NCBI GenBank assembly: GCA_019912545.1
Contig: JAIOIK010000036.1
Coordinates: 5,159-69,158, forward strand
DNA from: Ignavibacteria bacterium
Lineage (GTDB): Bacteria; Bacteroidota; Ignavibacteria; Tepidaquicellales; OLB5
Length of the DNA: 64,000 nucleotides
Direction: 5' to 3'
Shown piece by piece: positions 49,892 through 59,736 of the stretch. The translations under genes and the position numbers were made by a program. Under the pieces are notes generated by a model, which was given only the letters and a program-made list of their open reading frames with translations, did no database searches and was not told the DNA's origin. How positions within the stretch are numbered: the stretch's first letter is position 1; each line of letters begins with the position of its first letter.

Positions 49892-52330
49892 TTACTTAAT
49901 TAACACCATCTTCTTACTCTGGACGAATTCGCCCGCTTCTATTCTATAAAAGTATACGCCTGATGCATAATTTGAGCCATCGAACTTCGCATCATAATAC
50001 CCTGCTTTTTGGAAATCATTCACAAGCGTTTTGACTTCCCTGCCAAGAATATCATAAATCTTCACAATTACTTTTACATCGTTTGGCAATGCATATTTAA
50101 TTGTGATTACGGGGTTAAACGGATTGGGATAATTTTGCGATAAGCTGAAAACATCCGGCACATTATTCAAAATATTCTTGCTGCGTTCTGAATTTTTGCC
50201 AAATACTTTCTTTATATCACTATTAACAATCCCAATATGTTCAAGCAGGTTATGAGGAGTTTGATTCACTACAACTTCCCTTAGTGTTCTTTTTTGTTCA
50301 AGGATCAACTTAGAGATTTCATTGCCATTATTTGCATCATCAATTAATTTACTGATGTTTTTTTCTTGCTTTGTTCTTTCATTTTCAAAGTTATTTTTGA
50401 TAACCTGCTTTACAGTTTCTTTTTGCTCTTTCGTCAATTTAGAATTCCTATCGCCGCCATCTCCCATTTCACTACCACCGGAAAGGCTATCAAGCAAATA
50501 CACTGCCATATAATCCCAATGAGCTACTAAAGCCTCGTATGAATACGGGTTCTCGTTTATGATCTGCTGAAACCCGGTCAAAGCAGAAGCATACTGCCGG
50601 AGGTTTACCTTACATTTCTGAACATGATAGTTGCAGCTTCTAACAAGCGCCGGATTATTTGAATTATTAATAATAACATATAATAGATAGTCTTTTAACG
50701 CAAGGATTCCTGCTTCCGTAGTATCCGTGCTTATTGTTGCCGTATAAAGTTTTGAAACTGCATCAATTATCTGTAAAGAATCAGGCGGATTATCCAAAAT
50801 CCTAATACACATGTTTATTACGTTCGGATAATTTCTTTTCCTCATTTCCATTCCTAACGAATCATATACATTGAGCGGATTACCATTTTTTATCGCAATA
50901 GAGTCTATAATACCATCACCAAAATTTGCCGATGCAAAGCCATCTTCATACTGATTATTGGTACAACTGTACGGAACAAAATTGAATTCCACTTCTTCTC
51001 CCCCGTACCAGTACACAGATTTGACAGGGTCAACGGGATTTTGATTTACTTTAAAACAATTGAGTTTATTATCCAAATCGATGTTTATTTCATTTTGAGG
51101 AAATATCCCGGATAAATGGCTGCTTCCTGAATTGCCGGAAATATTAAGTATGTTATAGCCTGAGTTCATGAAAAAATATGAATTATCAACATATACATTA
51201 CATGAGCCACTACCGGAATTATTTAAACTATTTAAACCAAGAAGATAATCACCCTGGTAACTCATATCAATTACAGTTCCGCTTCCTTCGTTGATACCGT
51301 AAGTATAATCACCAGTGGAAAAAATAACATTATTATATAAACCGATATTGCACGCAAGGGCATTAACGCCATAGTGAAAACCGTTTATGGTATTATTTTG
51401 AATAACACCGCCTGAAACATTCACTATATTTATAGCAGTAGATGAATTTGTATTGGTAGATGTAAATGTATTGCCAGTACAAATAAGCGGAATCTGGACA
51501 CCGCCTGAAGCAATTATGCTGATAGCCGGAAGCTGTGTAGAGCCCAAATTAAAATGATTATTGTTTGAAATATTCAGATTAAAATCACGGGGCAGCCTGC
51601 CAAATGCAGCAAAATAACCAATTCCTCCGCCGTTTTCAGGCGGCGTTACTGAGGAATTCCTGATATCGGTTAAGGTACAGTTAGCTATACTGAGCAAGTA
51701 TGATGTATTATAGTAACCGCCAATATCAGTATTATAAATTTTCACCTGTGCACAATTCTCAAAGGATATTGTCGGTGCATTAAGGCCTTCCATGTATAAA
51801 TTTACCCTGCTTTGATCGCCAGTCAGTTCACCGGACTGGAATGATCCTCCGTTCATGATAATTCTGCCTACATGCGTAAAAGTTATATTGTTCGAAGGGT
51901 ACAGGCTAATATTCTTACCTCCGTTATAAACCGTGTTATAACATTCATAAGCAGGCGTCATGTTAAGATTTTCGTCATAGGCAAGCGTACCTCCATCAAC
52001 CATTACAGGTGCAAGTTTATATAACTTACCTTCACCGGGCAAATACCAACCCAGATCGATCCATGGAGATGCACTTTTATCGAATGTTGTAACAACAGTA
52101 TTATTTTCAAGTTCTACAATTTTCCAATTTGTGAAATATTGTAGATCTGACTGCTTGAAGCTTACTTTAATGTTACGCCTGCCGCCGTTTTCATTAATGT
52201 CAGGGCGGAATGGTGAGCATCTCCTGTTAACTAGCATAAAATAATTTGAATACGGCTCTTCAAATTTTTTGAATACCGCAGCCTGTAAATACCTGCTGGC
52301 GACAGGTTCCTCGATATCGGAAGGCTGCAT
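49892..52330 (-). CDS. Parallel beta-helix repeat protein with a T9SS C-terminal sorting domain; likely the C-terminal part of a larger frame interrupted by TAG at 52409-52411
   Basis: No signal peptide and no RBS at ATG 52330. Contains N/G/I-rich beta-helix-like repeats. C-terminus is NYPNPFNPVITIKY...GVYFYRI...KKMVLIK. Confidence 0.7.
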   Translation of the reverse strand: MQPSDIEEPVASRYLQAAVFKKFEEPYSNYFMLVNRRCSPFRPDINENGGRRNIKVSFKQSDLQYFTNWKIVELENNTVVTTFDKSASPWIDLGWYLPGEGKLYKLAPVMVDGGTLAYDENLNMTPAYECYNTVYNGGKNISLYPSNNITFTHVGRIIMNGGSFQSGELTGDQSRVNLYMEGLNAPTISFENCAQVKIYNTDIGGYYNTSYLLSIANCTLTDIRNSSVTPPENGGGIGYFAAFGRLPRDFNLNISNNNHFNLGSTQLPAISIIASGGVQIPLICTGNTFTSTNTNSSTAINIVNVSGGVIQNNTINGFHYGVNALACNIGLYNNVIFSTGDYTYGINEGSGTVIDMSYQGDYLLGLNSLNNSGSGSCNVYVDNSYFFMNSGYNILNISGNSGSSHLSGIFPQNEINIDLDNKLNCFKVNQNPVDPVKSVYWYGGEEVEFNFVPYSCTNNQYEDGFASANFGDGIIDSIAIKNGNPLNVYDSLGMEMRKRNYPNVINMCIRILDNPPDSLQIIDAVSKLYTATISTDTTEAGILALKDYLLYVIINNSNNPALVRSCNYHVQKCKVNLRQYASALTGFQQIINENPYSYEALVAHWDYMAVYLLDSLSGGSEMGDGGDRNSKLTKEQKETVKQVIKNNFENERTKQEKNISKLIDDANNGNEISKLILEQKRTLREVVVNQTPHNLLEHIGIVNSDIKKVFGKNSERSKNILNNVPDVFSLSQNYPNPFNPVITIKYALPNDVKVIVKIYDILGREVKTLVNDFQKAGYYDAKFDGSNYASGVYFYRIEAGEFVQSKKMVLIK

Positions 52331-52408
52331 TAAATCTTCAATTTCAGGTGCATAGGTTTTTATATCCGTAAAATATGTTTGGGTTAGAAGATCATTCCGC
52401 TCAAGCCG

Positions 52409-54523
52409 CTAAATGTATGAATGCCGGTTGGCATTATCAAAACTCATTAATGTAGGTCCCCATGCAGTAAGTTTTTGATTGATGCTTTTTATCTTATCCC
52501 ATTTTTGCTGGCCATAAGCATTAGTTAAGCGGGGATTTAATGTTAACGGCTGTGGTGTCTGCTGTCCGGAAAAAGGATTTGAAGTACTACATGGAACCGG
52601 ATTCACCAGGCCCCTTGCATAATTACCGGATCCTAAGCAGCCAAATCCACCGTACCAAAAATACAATGTCCCTTTTGCTCCATAGGTCACAGGTAATAAT
52701 GTTGTCATTTCCATCTCTTCATTAGTTGGCTCTCTTAATGCCTCCTCTCCGGTTGTGTACCATAAATGTGTTTGAGGCATATTAATATAGCTGATATTGT
52801 TCATTTTAGATAACGTATCCATCGTTTTTACATACCATGTAAATTGCCCTTTTTTAGTGTGAATATTAGTGCCTGCCGCATCAAGATGTTCCTGCAGCCA
52901 GCTTTCATAAACCGCAGGCGAAAACGGTTCTCCCAGCCTTCCTTCTGATGTATTATAATTGCTTAATGGCAGCGTATTAGGTACTCTTGAATCATTGTAA
53001 TTTGTGCCAGCTATTACACCTGTAAGCGCATATGGCTCTGAAAGAACCTGGGATTCGCCAACTCTGTTTATAAGATATTCAGTAACGTGCCGGGCGCTTA
53101 CTTTATTGTTGCCTACATACTCATATGGCAGATGCAGCAGATACTGCTGTAAATTAACCATTGTCATTAAAGAAAGATTCGGATTGCCGGAATACAGTTT
53201 CAATTTCTGGCTTACATATGCCATGCACGGTATATGGTTAAACTCAAATTCTTCTATGTAAAACTTTAAAGGCGAATTGTTAGTATTTCCAAGTGATGCC
53301 TCCCATTGGAGCCAGTTATCATATTGTACCCAGTTTTGATTAAGCGGGTTATTACTCAAAAGATCATTAGCCACATCATTGTCAACTCTTACATAATCTA
53401 TCCACATATTGCATGTTCCGTACCAGTAAACCTTTATATCCATTTTGTTATCGCCATCAGTTGGGTAGTTTCCGCGTGAATTAAATGCCCAGCCGCCATC
53501 ATTTGGGTTAAATGCATTTGTTGTGTATGGATATACTTTATCAATTATTAATTCGTTATCTAAACCCCAAAAATTAAATTCTTCTTTGTAATTTCCATCA
53601 TAGTTTCCAGTCGTATTTTTAAAATGTTTTGCTCTTAATATTACGCTTTTAATTGTATTCCCGTTATAGTTTATTACATCAATACGGCAAATAGGCTCTT
53701 CGTAATTTACCGGATTATCAATAAAAATTTTATCTGCCCTAATGCTGGGTTTAATATACCAGTCATATACATTATCACCCGGCGCCTGTCCAATAGGGCT
53801 TCGTGTATTGCACTGTTCACTGTTTGTCATTAGCCTTCTTACCACAAAACCCTGCCCGTTTGGCGCATTAAACGGGTCAACCAGGCATCGCCTTACCCAC
53901 TGGTTATTGCCGTATTGAGAATTATCCGGCCAATCTCCGCCGCTTTGTCCGGTTACATCATGGTTATTAAAAGCGTAAAACCAAAGGTCAGGGTTTAAGT
54001 TTGTTGCTTCACACTGGTAATCGCTCCGCTGCCCGAATGCAAGCTGATCTATCTTAGGCCGCTGCATTAAAGTCCGCATATTATTCTGCAGATTAATACC
54101 CAGCCTGCCCGTAACAACACCGGAGTATGTATTATATGTGTTGTATAGGTTATCAACAGGGTTTTGGGCATACCAATCCCACCCTGAAGAGTTAGCATCG
54201 TTATACCTGTCAACTCCCGCATATTTATGCCAGACATTTAATCCAAGATCCGAAAGGTTGTTATAAGTTAAATCATGTGCACAATCCATTGCCCCTAGAA
54301 GATATTCATTGCTGATATTTCCTTCAGGAGGCGGAAACATCCGTATAGAATTTTGTGAGCTAAAGCCTGATGCGGTGATATTTTGTTGGGTTGATGGGGT
54401 ATAATTACGGAATGCGAATGCAATCGTCATTATCCCCAGAATTACCGAAATTGTCAGTCTTAGCCTGATCTTTTCGATAAGTTCTGTTTTTCTGCCCGTG
54501 GCAGATTTCATTTCTTTCAACAT
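52409..54523 (-). CDS. Signal-anchored secreted protein (possibly glycoside-hydrolase-like); likely the N-terminal part of the same frame
   Basis: N-terminal TM/signal anchor LTISVILGIMTIAFAF. The protein has no T9SS tail. It ends at a TAG that is in frame with the downstream ORF. Confidence 0.7.
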   Translation of the reverse strand: MLKEMKSATGRKTELIEKIRLRLTISVILGIMTIAFAFRNYTPSTQQNITASGFSSQNSIRMFPPPEGNISNEYLLGAMDCAHDLTYNNLSDLGLNVWHKYAGVDRYNDANSSGWDWYAQNPVDNLYNTYNTYSGVVTGRLGINLQNNMRTLMQRPKIDQLAFGQRSDYQCEATNLNPDLWFYAFNNHDVTGQSGGDWPDNSQYGNNQWVRRCLVDPFNAPNGQGFVVRRLMTNSEQCNTRSPIGQAPGDNVYDWYIKPSIRADKIFIDNPVNYEEPICRIDVINYNGNTIKSVILRAKHFKNTTGNYDGNYKEEFNFWGLDNELIIDKVYPYTTNAFNPNDGGWAFNSRGNYPTDGDNKMDIKVYWYGTCNMWIDYVRVDNDVANDLLSNNPLNQNWVQYDNWLQWEASLGNTNNSPLKFYIEEFEFNHIPCMAYVSQKLKLYSGNPNLSLMTMVNLQQYLLHLPYEYVGNNKVSARHVTEYLINRVGESQVLSEPYALTGVIAGTNYNDSRVPNTLPLSNYNTSEGRLGEPFSPAVYESWLQEHLDAAGTNIHTKKGQFTWYVKTMDTLSKMNNISYINMPQTHLWYTTGEEALREPTNEEMEMTTLLPVTYGAKGTLYFWYGGFGCLGSGNYARGLVNPVPCSTSNPFSGQQTPQPLTLNPRLTNAYGQQKWDKIKSINQKLTAWGPTLMSFDNANRHSYI

Positions 54524-54714
54524 GGGTGTAAATAGGTTAATTTATTAAAAGTGAAACTAATATGTGAGACACAACATTTTTTTACTTGATAAGAAGCCTC
54601 AAAACAGAATAAGCATTCAATAGCTCGGATATCTAAAGTAATCTCGCTACTTAAGCAGTATCCCCGATGAATCGGGATTTCTGATAAATCGGGACTACCA
54701 TTAAGTAATTATCA

Positions 54715-56166
54715 TTACTTAACTAGCAGCATCTTTTTTGTGCTTAAAATTTTTCCATCAATATATAATGAGTAGAAATATACTCCTGAAGAATAATTAC
54801 TGCCATTAAAATTAACTTCATAAGTTCCTGCATTCTGTTTTTGATTTACAAGTTCTGATATTTGTCTGCCCTGAATGTCATATACAACTATCTTTAAATC
54901 TGATAATCTGTTAATCTGAAATCTGATAATCGTAGCTGGATTAAATGGATTCGGGTAATTTTGCTCAAGCTTAAACTCTTTTGGGATTTCTGAGCTTATT
55001 TGATTAACCGGGAAAAAAACGGTTGTATCACCTCCAGTTGTTGTATGAATACCCGAGTTTACAGCATATGCCCACCCATTTAATTTGTTTACAAATTTGC
55101 TATGATAATAATTAAAAATATGAATACTAGTATCAGGTAGCTGAAAACCCCAATTTATTCCGCCATTTGTTGTCTTGTATATTATTCCCTTAATACCAGC
55201 GTAATTAATTTGACCACCTACACCCCAGATTGTATCCCTGTTGACATTAGAGAATTTACCCATAAGACTGTTAACCAGGTTACCACCTGAAGGCAGTGTT
55301 TGGGCAACCCAGTTTAACCCGCCATCGGTTGTTTTTTTCATTGTTCCATATGATTTCCATCCGGTTAAACTATCTGAAAAATACATATCTGTAAAACCTG
55401 TATCATTCAGGCTGAACCAGTTCATTCCGCTATTGGTAGTTTTAAATAAACGACCAGGTGCAGATGAAAATTGCCCGGCAAAACCTATTCTTGAATTAAA
55501 CATATATATATGGTCGGGGTTTAATCCTGGAAGTGTTACCTGCCGTACCCAGTTCAACCCGCCATTTGATGTGAAAAATACACCGCCGGAAGATGGGCTG
55601 CTCATTGCAAACCAAATTGTATCTTCATTCAATACATGAATGTCATCCTGGTATGTATCAAAAGGAGTATTAACGTTATTCCAATTTACTCCCCCGTTCG
55701 TAGTTTTAAGGATTGAAAAATTAAAATTATCTTCGATATATCCTCCTACGTAACCAGTATTCTGATTCAGGAAAAATAAACATGTAAAAAGACTGGTATC
55801 AGTATTATTATAAATAATGTTCCAGTTATTTCCGCTGTTTGTTGTTTTAAGAATTTTAGGGTAATCGTTTACTGAAAGTCTTGATGTTATTGCATAACCT
55901 GTTAAACTGTCTGTGAATGTCATATCAACTATTGTTCTTCCTCCCAGATCAGGCAAAAACTGCTGCTGCCAGTTGCCTATCATAACATCACTAAAGTTAA
56001 AACCGATTATAAAAAATAATATGGAAAGATAGAAGATAAATGAAGAGACCCATTCGTTTCGCTCAGGGCAGATTTTATCAGGTTTAAAAAGTTTGTAAAG
56101 TTTACTATGTTTTGAGTGAGTTGAGTGACTTGTATCAGCAGAATATTTTGGTTTTTCCGGGTGCAT
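54715..56166 (-). CDS. BNR/Ycf48-like propeller protein with an N-terminal signal anchor and a T9SS C-terminal domain (paralog A)
   Basis: N-terminus MHPEKPKYSADTSHSTHS... followed by TM helix FIFYLSILFFIIGF, then T(T/S)N(G/S)G(x)NW repeats. C-terminus is NYPNPFNPATIIRF...GVYFYSL...KKMLLVK. Confidence 0.85.
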   Translation of the reverse strand: MHPEKPKYSADTSHSTHSKHSKLYKLFKPDKICPERNEWVSSFIFYLSILFFIIGFNFSDVMIGNWQQQFLPDLGGRTIVDMTFTDSLTGYAITSRLSVNDYPKILKTTNSGNNWNIIYNNTDTSLFTCLFFLNQNTGYVGGYIEDNFNFSILKTTNGGVNWNNVNTPFDTYQDDIHVLNEDTIWFAMSSPSSGGVFFTSNGGLNWVRQVTLPGLNPDHIYMFNSRIGFAGQFSSAPGRLFKTTNSGMNWFSLNDTGFTDMYFSDSLTGWKSYGTMKKTTDGGLNWVAQTLPSGGNLVNSLMGKFSNVNRDTIWGVGGQINYAGIKGIIYKTTNGGINWGFQLPDTSIHIFNYYHSKFVNKLNGWAYAVNSGIHTTTGGDTTVFFPVNQISSEIPKEFKLEQNYPNPFNPATIIRFQINRLSDLKIVVYDIQGRQISELVNQKQNAGTYEVNFNGSNYSSGVYFYSLYIDGKILSTKKMLLVK

Positions 56167-56287
56167 AACGTATGTGTATTTTATACAAATATAAGCATTA
56201 ATATAAAATTATTACAGAGAATTTATCTATTATGTTTCGTTTCAGATTCTTATTGTTCATTATTCATTGAAAACTGCTCATTGCCAA

Positions 56288-57715
56288 TTATTTCAATAAT
56301 ATCATCTTCTTTGTTTCTGCGTATAATTGGTTTGTTTTATCATCTGTTACTTCCATTCTGTAAAAATAAATTCCCGAAGCGTAATCACTTCCAGAAAAAT
56401 CAACATCATAAGTTCCTGCATTTTGTTCTTGATCGATCAAATCAATAATGTGTTTCCCTGTAACATCAAAAACCGATAATCTTATTTTTGTTCTGTTATT
56501 TCTTATTTGATATTTGATATTTGTGTTTGGGTTGAATGGATTAGGATAATTTTGGAATAACTTAAACTCATTCGGTATTTCTGTGCTTAAAGGAACAACG
56601 GGTGTAAAAAACGTATCATTGCCGCCTGTTGTTGTATGAATACCAGAACTATAATTATCATAAGCCCAGCCATTGCGTTTATTAACAAAATCAACCAAAT
56701 AATACTCGCCAATATGGATCGATGTATCAGGTAACTGGAATAACCAGTTATTACCTCCATTGCTTGTATATAATAATATTCCTCTGAATTGTAAGTTTAG
56801 TAACAATGCTCCTCCAACACCCCAGATTGTGTCCTTGTTTATATTATCAAAAGCTCTAATGCCGCTTGTTATAATATTGCCGCCAAATGGTAGTGTTTGT
56901 CTGGTCCAGTTCATACCTCCATTGGTCGTTTTTTTCATCCAACCCATTGACATCCAGCCTGTTAAGCTATCTGTAAAATACATATCGGTAAAACCTGTAT
57001 CATTCAGACTGAACCAGTTCATACCGCTGTTTGTAGTTTTATATAAGCGTGGTGCTCCCGAAAACTGACCTGCAAAGCCTATTCTGGTGTTATACATATA
57101 AATGTGGTCAGGATTTGCGGGTCCAAGACTTGCCTGCCGTACCCAGTTCAACCCGCCGTTTGATGTGAAAAATACACCGCCGGAAGAGGGGCTGCTGACT
57201 GCTAAATATATCGTATCTTCGCTTATAATCTGCATATCATCAATTTCAAAAAAGGGATCAGGAGTATTTAAAGAGAACCAATTAATTCCGCTATTTGTTG
57301 TTTTAACTAATTGAGTACTTCCATTGTATAAATAAGCTCCGCAGCAATATCCCGTGTTCGTATTAATAAATTTAATTTTATTCATTCCCGGAAACTGCGC
57401 AGTCCCGCTAAACTGTACAGACCAATCATCTCCTCTGTTCGTCGTTCTAATAATAAATACAGTATCATTTTGTGTTGTATAGGGCGTCACAGCCCAACCG
57501 TTTAAACTATCAATAAAACATATATCTGATATTGACCTTCCATTCAGATTGGGCAAAAACTGCTGTTGCCAGTTGCCAACCATAACATCTGAAAAGTTGA
57601 AGCCGATTATGAAAAGTAATATGGAGAGGTAGAAGATGAAGGAAGAAAGTGTATTGAGTGCGGAGTGAGTTGAGTCTGATGAGTCGGGGCTGTATTTTGG
57701 GTTTTCGGGGTGCAT
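56288..57715 (-). CDS. BNR/Ycf48-like propeller protein with an N-terminal signal anchor and a T9SS C-terminal domain (paralog B)
   Basis: N-terminus MHPENPKYSPDSSDSTHS... followed by TM helix FIFYLSILLFIIGF. Same architecture as paralog A. Confidence 0.85.
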   Translation of the reverse strand: MHPENPKYSPDSSDSTHSALNTLSSFIFYLSILLFIIGFNFSDVMVGNWQQQFLPNLNGRSISDICFIDSLNGWAVTPYTTQNDTVFIIRTTNRGDDWSVQFSGTAQFPGMNKIKFINTNTGYCCGAYLYNGSTQLVKTTNSGINWFSLNTPDPFFEIDDMQIISEDTIYLAVSSPSSGGVFFTSNGGLNWVRQASLGPANPDHIYMYNTRIGFAGQFSGAPRLYKTTNSGMNWFSLNDTGFTDMYFTDSLTGWMSMGWMKKTTNGGMNWTRQTLPFGGNIITSGIRAFDNINKDTIWGVGGALLLNLQFRGILLYTSNGGNNWLFQLPDTSIHIGEYYLVDFVNKRNGWAYDNYSSGIHTTTGGNDTFFTPVVPLSTEIPNEFKLFQNYPNPFNPNTNIKYQIRNNRTKIRLSVFDVTGKHIIDLIDQEQNAGTYDVDFSGSDYASGIYFYRMEVTDDKTNQLYAETKKMILLK

Positions 57716-57831
57716 AACTACTTGTTTAGTTATGATAAATTAGCAATTATTCAAATATAACACATTCCAAAATAAAAATCCTATGATATTGGCCATACTT
57801 TGAAATATTTAATTAAATTGATTTATATCAA

Positions 57832-57857
57832 CAAAAAAGACGCTTTTGCAAGCGCCT
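57832..57857 (-). terminator. Rho-independent terminator after the kamA-like gene
   Basis: On the minus strand, GGCGCTT-gcaa-AAGCGTC followed by T6. Confidence 0.8.
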
Positions 57858-57886
57858 TTTAAGTTTTTCTCCTCTTTTAAAACGAT

Positions 57887-59017
57887 TTACTGCAATACCG
57901 CTACCGGTATCTTCTTCCTTGATTTCTTTTTTGGCAGCTTGTCTATATTCCTGCCGCGCTTGAGCACAATATGCTCTTCCTGCACATCGGGATATTCGAA
58001 TACTTCGTTCTTGTAATTGCGGAGTATTATTTTCTCCTTATCGCGTGCTAAAACATAATCCGGCAGTAACGGAATTTTCCCGCCGCCGCCCGGCGCATCA
58101 ATTACAAATTGCGGTACTGCAAGTCCGCTGATATGCCCGCGTAGGTTATCCATTATTTCCAAGCCTACATCAATTGGTGTGCGGAAATGATTTGCCCCCT
58201 TGGTCAGGTCTGCCTGGTATATGTAATACGGCCTTACTCTTATTGCAAGCAGCTTTTTCATAAGCTCCTTCATTACCTCAGGGTCGTCATTAACTCCCTT
58301 CAGCAGTACTGTCTGGCATCCTACAGGCACTCCGGCATTAACAAGCATTTCGCATGCCTTAGTACTCTCCGGTGTTATCTCCCATGGATGGTTAAAATGC
58401 GTGTTTACGTAAATCGGGTGATATTTCTTTATCATTTCGCAAAGCTGCGGCGTAATTCTTTGCGGCAGAACGCACGGCATCTTAGTTCCAAGTCTAATGA
58501 TCTGTATATGCGGTATCTGGCGAAGCCTCGCAAGCACTTTTTCAAGCATTGCATCGGTCAGCATAAGCGGGTCACCACCGGAAAGTATCACATCGTTGAT
58601 CTCCGTATGAGTCTCGAGGTAATTAAATGCAGCCTCAAGCTCGCGCATATTGATCTTGCTGGAATCCCCCACTTTTCTTTTTCTCGTACAAAAGCGGCAA
58701 TAAAGCCCGCACTGGCTGGTAGTTAAAAACAGTGCACGGTCAGGGTAACGGTGAGTAATATTGGGAACAGGGCTCATTTCCTCCTCGTTTAACGGGTCTT
58801 CTGCTGCATCGATATCATAGAGCTCTACCTCTTCGGGCACTGCCTGAAGCCAGATAGGGTCTCCTGGATATCTGATCAGGCTGAGATAATAAGGATTTAT
58901 CCTTGCCTGGAAGAAATCGTCAAGCTTTTCTGCAACTTCCCTGTTGATTGAGAATTTCTCGACAAGCTGATCTACTGAGCTAATGCTTTGTTTTAGCAGC
59001 TGTTGCCAGAGTTCCAT
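57887..59017 (-). CDS. KamA-family radical SAM enzyme (lysine 2,3-aminomutase-like)
   Basis: 376 aa with the CGLYCRFCTRKR (CxxxCxxC) cluster motif, ILSGGDPL, and an LIRYPGDPIWLQAVP N-terminus typical of KamA/AblA. Confidence 0.88.
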   Translation of the reverse strand: MELWQQLLKQSISSVDQLVEKFSINREVAEKLDDFFQARINPYYLSLIRYPGDPIWLQAVPEEVELYDIDAAEDPLNEEEMSPVPNITHRYPDRALFLTTSQCGLYCRFCTRKRKVGDSSKINMRELEAAFNYLETHTEINDVILSGGDPLMLTDAMLEKVLARLRQIPHIQIIRLGTKMPCVLPQRITPQLCEMIKKYHPIYVNTHFNHPWEITPESTKACEMLVNAGVPVGCQTVLLKGVNDDPEVMKELMKKLLAIRVRPYYIYQADLTKGANHFRTPIDVGLEIMDNLRGHISGLAVPQFVIDAPGGGGKIPLLPDYVLARDKEKIILRNYKNEVFEYPDVQEEHIVLKRGRNIDKLPKKKSRKKIPVAVLQ

Positions 59018-59124
59018 AAAATATTGTCCTTGTTTAGTTTTTGGATTCCCGTCCTGCTCTTATGGCAGAGCTAAGCGGGTTTCACAGGGCACCGCGCATC
59101 ACTTTGTGAGCCGGAAGCCTTACC

Positions 59125-59613
59125 TCAGGAGGCTTTCTCCTTAAGGTATTTGCGGTAGATGTAAAGGTCATCCCCGTCTCTGTAAAAATCTTTGATGATA
59201 GTCTGCTCGTCATAGCCGTTTTTCGTGTAGAACTTCCGTTCATTTTCGTATTCGGCTTTTCCGCTCGTTTCTATCAGTATAATCTTGCCTCCGCTTTTTG
59301 TCAGATCCTCTTCCATATGTTTCACCAGTTTGCTTCCGGTTCCCTTTCCGTGAATGCGGAAATCTACGGCTATCCAGTATAAGTCATACGTGTGATCTGT
59401 CAGCGGCCTTTTTCCATAGCAAATGTAACCTATAGGCTTGCTGCTGTTTTCATCTTCGCTTACATAAATAATATAATCAGTCTGCTTTTCATCGTTTAAA
59501 TATATGTCAATGAGCTCCATTGCAACTTTGATCTCTTCTTCATTAAAGTGTCCTGTGCCTTCAAGAATATCCCTGATCTCATCTCTGTCGCTTCGTATTA
59601 ACTTCCTTATCAT
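59125..59613 (-). CDS. GNAT-family N-acetyltransferase
   Basis: 162 aa with a HGKGTGSKLVKHME acetyl-CoA-binding motif-A-like segment. Its position next to kamA parallels ablB/yodP. Confidence 0.8.
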   Translation of the reverse strand: MIRKLIRSDRDEIRDILEGTGHFNEEEIKVAMELIDIYLNDEKQTDYIIYVSEDENSSKPIGYICYGKRPLTDHTYDLYWIAVDFRIHGKGTGSKLVKHMEEDLTKSGGKIILIETSGKAEYENERKFYTKNGYDEQTIIKDFYRDGDDLYIYRKYLKEKAS

Positions 59614-59624
59614 TTCCTTTATTC

Positions 59625-59700
59625 ACAGACAGGAAGTCTGTGCTACTATTTTTCTTTCACAGCAGAAATGCCTGCCTGCTGCAGGCAGGTCTGTACTACT
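59625..59700. repeat. Two tandem hairpin units in the GNAT/ATP-grasp spacer
   Basis: CACAGAC-aggaa-GTCTGTGCTACT, then CACAGCAGAAATG-CCTGCC-tgctgca-GGCAGG-TCTGTACTACT. Both units end in GTCTGTRCTACT. Confidence 0.7.
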
Positions 59701-59736
59701 AATTAAAATCCGCAATCAACAATCCAAAATCGTAAA

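Noticed and set aside
52409-52411. Genome-wide reassignment of TAG as a sense codon, to explain the in-frame TAG
   Set aside because: TAG plainly terminates other well-defined genes here: the lat-like gene at 2745-2747, directly before its terminator, and the 3185-4450 gene at 4448-4450. A global recoding is therefore unlikely.
56125-56448. 107-aa plus-strand ORF bridging the spacer between the two propeller paralogs
   Set aside because: It overlaps both paralogs' ends on the opposite strand. Its hydrophobic, low-complexity translation has no start context.
58187-58726. 179-aa ORF antisense to the kamA-like gene
   Set aside because: It is a shadow ORF inside a gene with a clear radical-SAM signature.
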